Origin: Prasinococcaceae sp. CCMP 1430
Lineage: Eukaryota > Plantae > Prasinodermophyta
Assembly: GCA_013416795.1 (NCBI GenBank)
Contig: RQSC01001165.1
Span: forward strand, 1-29,589
Direction of reading: 5' to 3'
DNA: 29,589 bases
Shown: positions 19,896 to 28,935 of the stretch, one piece after another
Layout: each line of letters opens with the position of its first letter
Position numbering within the stretch: the stretch's first letter is position 1
The notes under the pieces: model-generated
What the model was told of the DNA's origin: nothing
The model's input: the letters and a program-made list of their open reading frames with translations, nothing else
The model's database searches: none
Translations under genes and position numbers: made by a program

Positions 19896-22800
19896 ATGCG
19901 TCATTACACGTGGGACTTGTTCTCGTCGCCGGCCTCGCGGTACTACGCAGCCCGCACTGCCGCAGGAGGTGTGCCACACGCACGCTGCGCGGCACGGGCG
20001 GGGGCTGGGCGGCCGCCCTTGGGTGCCTCTCTCGCCCTCCCTCCCCTCGGCGCGCTCGCGCGTGGGCCCCTGCGAGGGTCGGCCGCGAGCGGGCGGGGCC
20101 GGCGCCCGGNCCAGGCGTGCAAGCGCGCGGCCGTGTCGAAGCCGGGCGAGGTCAGCAGCCACGACCCGTACCAGGAGACACACATGGACACCACCGATGA
20201 GGGCGAGCTCGAGGAGACGGAGGTCGAGGAGGCCGAGCTCTCGCTGGTGGACGAGGCCGACGCCGTTGCGGCGTCTGAGGACGCGGCGCTCGGCTTGGTC
20301 AGCGAGGGCGAGGAGGACGTGACGCTCATCGAGTCGAGCGACGAGGACGCCCCCGACCGAGCATCGGCGTACCGCGAGGCGCTGCGCCTGATGGGCGACG
20401 ACGACCTTGGGAGCGAGGAGGAGAGCGAGAACTCGAGCGAGGACGACCTCGGCAGCGGAGGTTGGTCGGAGATGAGCGGCGAGGAGGAGGCCGCCTTCGC
20501 CGCCGCGGGCGACGCGACGGCGACGATCGAGTACAAGGCCTCGAAGGTGGACCCCGACTGGCGTGCGAGCACCGCGCCGCCCCAAACTGCCAAGTCCAAG
20601 GCGCCGGAGCTCGAGCTGACCACCGAGGCCGTCGACCAGGCCGCGGCGGACATCGACGCGGAGGAGGCCCTCCCCAGCGCCGAGGCCGCGCCGTCCCTCC
20701 CCTTGACCGACGGGGGCATCGCCGGCTGGCCCGCCACACTCGACGGCGTTCCGGAGCTCCCGGCGCAGCCCACGAGTGGCGAGATCATCATGCCGCCCAG
20801 CAAGCTGCCGGGCATCGTCGAAGACATCCGCGAGATCGACCCCGAGTACTACACCACCGCCGACCCCATAATGAACGTCGAGCTGGGCTGGCTGGCGTTC
20901 AACTGGCGCGTGCTCGCGCTCGCGCTCTCGCCGGCGACGCCCGTCTTCGAGCGGCTGCGCTTCGTTGCCATCGCGGGCCGCAACCTCGACGAGTTCTACA
21001 TGAAGGTGCGTCGTGACGCGGCTGGCGGCCACCCTCCGCGCGCGTGGGCGCCGGGGTCCTGACGCGCCGCGCGACTCCCCCCCACCCCCCACCCCACCCC
21101 ACCCCACCCCACCCCACCCCACCCCACCCCCTTGGCCCCCGGCGCGCATGCAGCGCGTCGGCGGCCTCAAGCGACAGGAGGCCGCGGGCATCGACCACCT
21201 GCGCCGCGATCGCACGACGAACTTCTTCACGCCCGACCAGCAGCTCGAGTACATCGCGGAAGCAACCCACGAGATGGTGCAGGCGCAGGTGGCGGTGCTC
21301 ATGCGCGAGATCATGCCCGGCCTGCGCGACCACGGCGTCAGCCTGCTGGCATACCCCGAGCTCACCGACGCCGAGAAGGCCGGCCTGCGCACAATCTTCC
21401 GCGACCAGCTGGAGCCCATGCTCACGCCGCTGGCCATCGATCCGGGCCATCCCTTCCCGTACATTTCCAACCTGACGATCTCGCTCGCGGTGGTGCTGCG
21501 CGACCCGATGGACGACTCCTCGAAGCTGGCGATCATCAACGTCCCGAGCCAGCTCAAGCGCTGGGTGCGCATGACCTCGCGCGAGGGACACGCCTTCATC
21601 TCGCTCGAGCAGATCATCGCCGCCAACCTCGACTGCCTCTTCGGCGGCATGGCCATCGATTCGACGCACGCCTTCCGCGTGACGCGCAACGCCGACGTGG
21701 ACCGGCACGAAGACGAGGCAGATGACCTGCTGGAGATGATCACCGACGAGATGCGGCTCCGCAAGTTCGCGCCGTTCGTGCGCCTCGAGTGCGAGGCCGG
21801 GATGCCGCAGCCCATCATCGATAGGCTCATGGAGGAGCTGAACATCCTGCCGCGCGACGTGTTCCCGTCGGCCGGCCCGCTCTCGCTCGGGGAGATCGAC
21901 GGCATCGACGTCGACTTCGGCATGGACGCGAGCCTCACCTTTCCGCCGTGGACAGCTCGCACCAGCACGCGCTTCAAGCTCGCCAAGGACGGCCCCACCA
22001 GCGCCATCTTCGACGAGATCCGCCATGGCGACATCCTGGCTCACCACCCGTACGAGAGCTTCGGCTCGAGCACGCAGCTCTTCGTGGCGCGCGCCGCGCG
22101 CGACCCGCAAGTGGCCGCCATCAAGGCGACGCTCTACCGCACCAACAACGACTCGCCGATCATCAAGGCGCTGTCGACCGCCGCCGAGAACGGCAAGCAG
22201 GTGGCCGTGCTCGTGGAGCTCAAGGCGCGCTTCGACGAGGCGCGCAACGTGGGCTTCGCGCAGAAGCTCGAGGCGGCGGGCGTGAACGTCGCCTACGGCC
22301 TAGTCGGGCTCAAGACGCACTGCAAGGCGACGCTCGTCGTGCGCCGCGAGGAGGACGCGCCCGGCGGCCTGCGCTCGTACTGCCACCTGGGCACGGGCAA
22401 CTACAACGCGTCGACGGCAGCCATCTACACCGATCTGTCGCTCTTCACGTGCGACCCCGCGGTGGGCAAGGACGTCCACGACCTCTTCAAGTACCTCACC
22501 GGCTACCACCGCCAGGACAGCTACCTCAAGCTCCTGGTGGCACCGCAGAAGATGCAGCGCACGTTCCTCAAGTGCATCGATCGCGAGATGGCCAACGCTA
22601 AGGAGGGCCTCCCCGCGCGCGTGGTTGTGAAGGTGAACGGCCTCACGAGCTCCACCATGGTCGAGAAGCTCTACGAGGCCAGCCAGGCGGGCGTGCAGGT
22701 GGATCTCATCGTGCGCGGCACGTGCATCCTGCGCCCGGGCGTGCCCGGGGTCTCGGAAAACATACGCGTGGTGTCCACTATCGGGCGCTTCCTCGAGCAC

Positions 22801-23184
22801 CACCGTATCTTCCGCTTCGAGAATGCGGGCACGCCGCAGTACTTCATGGGCTCGGCGGACTGGATGCCTCGCAACCTGTTGCGACGCGTGGAGGTTGTGA
22901 CTCCCGTCGAGGACCGCAAGCTGCAGGGCGAGCTGGAAACCATCCTGCAGAGTTGCCTGGACGACACCAAGCAGACGTGGGAGATGCGCCCCGACGGGCG
23001 CTACGCGCTGGCCGAGGCGCAGACGGAGGAAATGTGGGAGGACGGCGCGGGCTGGGGCGACGGCGCGCAGCAGGGCCTCATGGCGCACTACAGGAAGCGG
23101 GACAGAAAGTACAACAAGAAGCAGGCAAAGAAGGCGGGACTGCCCAAGAGCAGCGCCACCAAACCGCTGCCGGCCGGGCTCTAG
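19896..23184 (+). CDS. PPK1: Polyphosphate kinase 1 (bacterial PPK1 family) with long N-terminal extension; exons (19896 or 20184)..21005 and 21154..23184
   Basis: ELGWLAFNWRVL, NLDEFYMK|RVGGLKRQ across intron 21006..21153, PGHPFPYISN, HHPYESF, IKATLYRT, VELKARFDE, GLKTHCK (the phospho-His position), HLGTGNYN, GRFLEHHR and SADWMPRNL. The start is uncertain because of an N at 20110. Confidence 0.95.
21077..21131 (+). repeat. (CCCCA)n tract inside the PPK1 intron
   Basis: Eight perfect ACCCC units at 21091-21130, preceded by C7/C6 runs. Confidence 0.95.
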
Positions 23185-23251
23185 AGAGAGCGGCGTCGGA
23201 CAGCGGGCACGCGCCGCGCGAGCGTGGCACGAGGTAAGAGAGAGTGAGATT

Positions 23252-23256
23252 TTACA
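23252..23256 (-). terminator. Putative UGUAA poly(A) signal of the lyase-fold gene
   Basis: TTACA on the plus strand, about 33 nt beyond the stop at 23289. Confidence 0.55.
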
Positions 23257-23288
23257 CTTTGATTACGTCTGTGGCGAATCGGAGGCCA

Positions 23289-25427
23289 TCAAGAGGCGGC
23301 CACGCAGGCGAACGCTTGCTTGAATTTCTTGCACTTCTTCTTGCTCAGATTGAGCTCCTCGCACACGTCGGGCGGCTCAGCCGCTGTGGCAGCCGGCGCG
23401 CACGTCTTGGCTTTCTCGTCGTAGGCACACCCGCGCGTCTGCTTGCACAGCTTTCCCTTGCCTTTGGTCAGCTTCTTTTTGGAGCAATCGACGGCACTGC
23501 CGTCGTTCTCGTTCGGCGCCGCGGCGTCACCGCCCTGATCGGGCGCCGTGACAGCCGGCGCGCACGTCTTCGCTTTCTTGTCGTAGGCGCACCCGGGCGT
23601 CTGCTTACACAGCTTTCCCTTGCTTTTGGTCAGCTTCTTTTTGGAGCAATCGACGGCGCCGTCGTCCTTGTCCGGTACTCGCATTTCCTCGTCACCGCCC
23701 CCGGCGGACAGCGGCGGCGGCGGGTCCAACCTGCCGTCATCGGACGGCGCCTGTGCTGCCCACTCCGCCTCGTTGCCGAATCCTTCGGGCAAGAAGGTCG
23801 AGTACCGCACGGCGTCGAAATAAATGACCCGTTCGTCGCGAATCTCAGTGTACCTGTTGAGTGTGTGTGTGTGTGTGTGGGTGGGTGGGTGGGGGTGGGG
23901 GCTACCGTCAGCGCACGTTGTCTGGCCAGGGGAGGGGGAGGGGGGGGGCAGCACACACAAGCCAGCTAGCGACGCACATTCCAAACTTGACGTAGCCGCG
24001 GTCGCTCTCGGAGTAGAGGTTCCGGCCCTCGTGCTCGAACACCAATCCACCGTTCAGATACACCCGCAGTCGGCCGTCCTCGCCCATGGACTTGCGGTAA
24101 TAGATTTTCACGTCGTTCCATGCGTCCTTCCTGGCAATCCCGAGGAACGCCCCCTCGTCAGTCTCGGCCTTGTCGTCCCACAGACCTGGCGCGCGGTAAG
24201 TGAGGCGGTAGTCTCCCTCGTTGCTCAGCCGCAGCGCGCCGTGCGGGTTGCTCGCCATCTTGAACTGCGTGATGACGATCGAGTACCTGGTCACCTGGTC
24301 CCAGTACTGGCTGGGCGGCCAGAAGCTCGCGCTCCAGAACACCTCGTCACCGGGCACGAACAAGAATTCGTCTTGCACGCCGCCCAGCTCGCAGCGGTTG
24401 GATGAGTCCCCGCTGCCGCCGCGGTTGCGCCCATCGGCGTAGAACTTCAGCACGCCGCTGCCCTTGCGCGCCCAGTCCACGGCCAAGACCTCCTGGTAGT
24501 GGAGGTCGCTCGCGGGGAAATTGACATCGCACTTGTATGGCGAGTAGCCGCCCTCTTCGCACCTGCAGCGGCGGCGCTCATCGCTGGTCGCCTGCTCGCA
24601 CGCTTTCACGCTGGACGACGTGCCAAAGCTGAAGCTCGGCTCCAGGCCGCGCGGTGCGAGCTGAGGCGTGCCGTCCGGGAAGCCGCCCTCCCAATCGAGC
24701 GCAAAGCTGTTGCCGCTTCGGGTGCTGCTCGGCAAGGGCGGCGGCGAAGGCGGCGAGGGCGGCGGCGAGGGCGGCAGGGGTGGCGAGGGTGGCCGCGGCG
24801 GCGGTGAGGGGGGCGGAGGCGCCAGCTGCGCGCCCAATCCGCCGTCGTGTTCGAGACACAGGTCGCGCTCGCTGGAGAGGCCGCAGCGATGCTCCTGCGC
24901 GCGACACTCGCTGCGACTGAGATAAATGCACGCACGCTCCGAGGCCGGCTTCTTGGCTTCATCGGGCAGCGGCACACACATGCGGCCCGGGTCCTCGAGG
25001 TACGCGCACACGTCAGAGTTTCGGCAGTCGGTGCGCGCGTCGGCCGCCTCCAGGGTAGCGCATGCGGTTCCTGAGTCCTTCGCCCCGTCGGCATTGCCGC
25101 CGTGCGGCAAGCACAAATCGCGCTCGCTGGATAGGCCGCAGCGGTGCTGCTGCGCCCGGCACTCGCTCCGCGAAAGCAGCAGGCACTCGCGCTGCGAGAC
25201 CGGCACCTGCGCAGCCGTCGGCAGGGGCACGCACACGCGGCCCGGGTCCTCGAGGTACGCGCAAACATCCGAGGAGCGGCACTCAGAGCGCGCATCGCGC
25301 GCCTGTAGCGCCGCACAGTCGCCTGCCGCCGCCGCGGGCCGCGTCCCCGCCAGGAGGAGCGGCGCGACCGCGAGGGCGAGCGCCGCGGCACCTCCGACTC
25401 CCGCCCGGGACGGCGGAGGGGCCGCAT
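23289..25427 (-). CDS. Secreted modular protein: 2x Cys-rich repeat, Pro-rich linker, polysaccharide-lyase-fold domain (PF14099/PL13-PL20-like), 2x Lys/Cys-rich repeat; exons about 25427..23978 and 23853..23289
   Basis: Hydrophobic signal-like AAALALAVAPLLLAGTRPAAAA; NRCELG, EVFWSASFW, VITQFK, WNDVKIYY, GRLRVYLNG and YVKFGM|Y...IYFDAVR across intron 23977..23854 (gtgcgt...gctgac...caacag). The nearest ATG (25427) is 1 nt out of frame with the main ORF. Confidence 0.75.
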
Positions 25428-25895
25428 CGCCGCGGCTCTGCGGCAGCGCCCGCGCGCAGGGTGGCGAGGGCGGCCGGGCGGCAGCACGGAGCAACACAGC
25501 GCCGCCAGGCCCTGCCTGCGCCCGCCCGCGCGTGCCAGCACCCTGCTGCTGCACCCAGCGTCACCTAACGCCCCTCGCGTCGTTCTTTCGGAATTAAGGG
25601 AGATCGAACAGTTATCTGTGCGTTGTGCATACATGCTTTGAGACGTACTAAAAAACGGTACAGCTTACGAAATATGCAATGAAGTCACAACTTGTCGTTT
25701 GGTGGCATTTGTACCCACGGGCGATCAAAACGTTTTTGCATCAAAACGTTTTGGCCTGGGGAAGCGCGCGCGAAAAGGCACAGCGGGAGCGGCCGCCGGC
25801 GGCGCCGGCGTGCCCTCGCGCGCCCGGGCGGCCTGCCTGCCCCCCAATGCCGCCCCATCGCCACGCGCGCCCGCGCTTCTGCGGCACGCCGCGGC

Positions 25896-26846
25896 NNNNN
25901 NNNNNNNNNNNNNNNNNNNNNNNNNNNNNNNNNNNNNNNNNNNNNNNNNNNNNNNNNNNNNNNNNNNNNNNNNNNNNNNNNNNNNNNNNNNNNNNNNNNN
26001 NNNNNNNNNNNNNNNNNNNNNNNNNNNNNNNNNNNNNNNNNNNNNNNNNNNNNNNNNNNNNNNNNNNNNNNNNNNNNNNNNNNNNNNNNNNNNNNNNNNN
26101 NNNNNNNNNNNNNNNNNNNNNNNNNNNNNNNNNNNNNNNNNNNNNNNNNNNNNNNNNNNNNNNNNNNNNNNNNNNNNNNNNNNNNNNNNNNNNNNNNNNN
26201 NNNNNNNNNNNNNNNNNNNNNNNNNNNNNNNNNNNNNNNNNNNNNNNNNNNNNNNNNNNNNNNNNNNNNNNNNNNNNNNNNNNNNNNNNNNNNNNNNNNN
26301 NNNNNNNNNNNNNNNNNNNNNNNNNNNNNNNNNNNNNNNNNNNNNNNNNNNNNNNNNNNNNNNNNNNNNNNNNNNNNNNNNNNNNNNNNNNNNNNNNNNN
26401 NNNNNNNNNNNNNNNNNNNNNNNNNNNNNNNNNNNNNNNNNNNNNNNNNNNNNNNNNNNNNNNNNNNNNNNNNNNNNNNNNNNNNNNNNNNNNNNNNNNN
26501 NNNNNNNNNNNNNNNNNNNNNNNNNNNNNNNNNNNNNNNNNNNNNNNNNNNNNNNNNNNNNNNNNNNNNNNNNNNNNNNNNNNNNNNNNNNNNNNNNNNN
26601 NNNNNNNNNNNNNNNNNNNNNNNNNNNNNNNNNNNNNNNNNNNNNNNNNNNNNNNNNNNNNNNNNNNNNNNNNNNNNNNNNNNNNNNNNNNNNNNNNNNN
26701 NNNNNNNNNNNNNNNNNNNNNNNNNNNNNNNNNNNNNNNNNNNNNNNNNNNNNNNNNNNNNNNNNNNNNNNNNNNNNNNNNNNNNNNNNNNNNNNNNNNN
26801 NNNNNNNNNNNNNNNNNNNNNNNNNNNNNNNNNNNNNNNNNNNNNN
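25896..26846. other. Assembly gap (951 N)
   Basis: Run of N. ORFs spanning it in the track are artefacts. Confidence 1.
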
Positions 26847-26933
26847 GCGGGGCGGCCGCGGCCACACCTCGCGCGCGGCGCGGCGGCGGCGCCTCGCCCC
26901 CGCCCCTCCCTGGCGCTCCCGTCGCGCGCAGCC

Positions 26934-27568
26934 ATGGATATGGGCGGCGGCGGCATGGGCGGCGGTGGTGCCGATCCCTCGAGGGTGAGCTCGGCGCGGG
27001 CGCGGGCGCCCCGGGGGGGGGAGTGGCTGCGGATGGCGCGGATGTAACGCGGCGGCCCGCGCGCTGCCGCGGGAACGCTGTGGGGGGTGAGCGCAGGCGT
27101 TCGCGGGCGCACATGCCCCGGGCGTGTGTTGCTTGCCGCTCCTGCGCTTGCACGCGAGCGGGCGGTCGCGGTCATGCGCGCGCGGTGGCGCGCTCGCGCT
27201 TCGCGGACGAACGTGCGCGTGCCCTACTTCTGCACCACCGTGCGCATTCGCATCCGGTAGTGGGCACGCAGCCCTGCACGCATCTGACCGCCTGCCTCTT
27301 TCCCACCCTCAACACCTCTGCTCCCGATCCCTCGCCTGCGTGCGCTGCGTTTGCGCCCCTCGTCGCGCAGATGATGGACCAGGTGCGCGCGGAGATGTCG
27401 CAGCACTTCGCGCAGGAGTTCCTCAACCAGATGCGCGACAAGTGCTTTGAGAAGTGCATCACGCGGCCGGGCAACTCCATGAGCAGCGGCGAGTCGGCGT
27501 GCGTCACGCGATGCTTTGACCGCTACGAGGATGCTACCAAGGCCGTCGCCAAGGGGCTCAGCAACTGA
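26934..27568 (+). CDS. TIM13: Small TIM chaperone of the mitochondrial intermembrane space, Tim13-like; exons 26934..26984 and 27371..27568
   Basis: MDMGGGGMGGGGADPSR|MMDQVRAEMSQHFAQEFLNQMRDKCFEKCITRPGNSMSSGESACVTRCFDRY, with the twin CX3C motif and the Tim13-type CFEKCITRPG-S-S-GE-AC segment. Intron 26985..27370 is gtgagc...ctgac...cgcag. Confidence 0.9.
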
Positions 27569-27858
27569 CGCGGGTGCCGCCGCGGCCGCGCTGGCCCGCG
27601 CGCGCGGGGGTGCGTGCTTGAGTAAGCGCCCTATTTTTTTGGCACTCGAGCGGCCGCCCGCCGGCTGGCAGACGTGCTGTTCGCTCGCACTCGGCCTGGC
27701 GAGTGCGTCCGCGCGCAACATCGCGGCGCGGCGCGCGTGACTGAGCTCTGCCGAGCCGTGCGGACAGGGGTAGCATTGATAGAGTACATTGTGCGCGGGT
27801 GCACGCACGCGCGCATGCAGGCGCGCGAGCGCGCTCGCGGCGGGGCGCGCAGCGACAT

Positions 27859-27933
27859 CTAGCGCTGCGGCGGCCCAGGCGGCGGCCCTGGGGGGCACGC
27901 GCGGCGGCCGGCGGCCTTGCCGGCCCGCCGAGG
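27859..27933 (-). other. Possible C-terminal remnant of a minus-strand gene cut by the duplicated block
   Basis: Reads ...PRRAGKAAGRRACPPGPPPGPPQR* (TAG at 27861..27859), followed by 3'-UTR-like sequence converging on TIM13. Confidence 0.25.
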
Positions 27934-28935
27934 CCAGGCGTGCAAGCGCGCGGCCGTGTCGAAGCCGGGCGAGGTCAGCAGCCACGACCCGTACCAGGAG
28001 ACACACATGGACACCACCGATGAGGGCGAGCTCGAGGAGACGGAGGTCGAGGAGGCCGAGCTCTCGCTGGTGGACGAGGCCGACGCCGTTGCGGCGTCTG
28101 AGGACGCGGCGCTCGGCTTGGTCAGCGAGGGCGAGGAGGACGTGACGCTCATCGAGTCGAGCGACGAGGACGCCCCCGACCGAGCATCGGCGTACCGCGA
28201 GGCGCTGCGCCTGATGGGCGACGACGACCTTGGGAGCGAGGAGGAGAGCGAGAACTCGAGCGAGGACGACCTCGGCAGCGGAGGTTGGTCGGAGATGAGC
28301 GGCGAGGAGGAGGCCGCCTTCGCCGCCGCGGGCGACGCGACGGCGACGATCGAGTACAAGGCCTCGAAGGTGGACCCCGACTGGCGTGCGAGCACCGCGC
28401 CGCCCCAAACTGCCAAGTCCAAGGCGCCGGAGCTCGAGCTGACCACCGAGGCCGTCGACCAGGCCGCGGCGGACATCGACGCGGAGGAGGCCCTCCCCAG
28501 CGCCGAGGCCGCGCCGTCCCTCCCCTTGACCGACGGGGGCATCGCCGGCTGGCCCGCCACACTCGACGGCGTTCCGGAGCTCCCGGCGCAGCCCACGAGT
28601 GGCGAGATCATCATGCCGCCCAGCAAGCTGCCGGGCATCGTCGAAGACATCCGCGAGATCGACCCCGAGTACTACACCACCGCCGACCCCATAATGAACG
28701 TCGAGCTGGGCTGGCTGGCGTTCAACTGGCGCGTGCTCGCGCTCGCGCTCTCGCCGGCGACGCCCGTCTTCGAGCGGCTGCGCTTCGTTGCCATCGCGGG
28801 CCGCAACCTCGACGAGTTCTACATGAAGGTGCGTCGTGACGCGGCTGGCGGCCACCCTCCGCGCGCGTGGGCGCCGGGGTCCTGACGCGCCGCGCGACTC
28901 CCCCCCACCCCCCACCCCACCCCACCCCACCCCAC
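27934..28935 (+). repeat. Apparently identical second copy of 20111..21112 (PPK1 exon 1 plus 5' part of its intron)
   Basis: Constant offset of 7,823 nt. The translations are identical from QACKRAAV to RAWAPGS. The copy starts exactly at the N (20110) of copy 1 and ends inside the (CCCCA)n tract. The rest of PPK1 is absent. Confidence 0.95.

Noticed and set aside
3218-27370. Introner-like repetitive introns
   Set aside because: The seven confident introns share only donor, CTGAC and CA-rich ends. I see no mutual sequence similarity or terminal repeats.
25679-27568. Long ORFs crossing 25.9-26.8 kb
   Set aside because: They are open only because of the N gap. The real gene is the two-exon TIM13.
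27931-28885. A second functional PPK1 gene or a transposon-carried fragment
   Set aside because: It lacks the whole catalytic exon, has an in-frame stop just upstream (27860-27862), and shows no terminal inverted repeats, target-site duplication or divergence.
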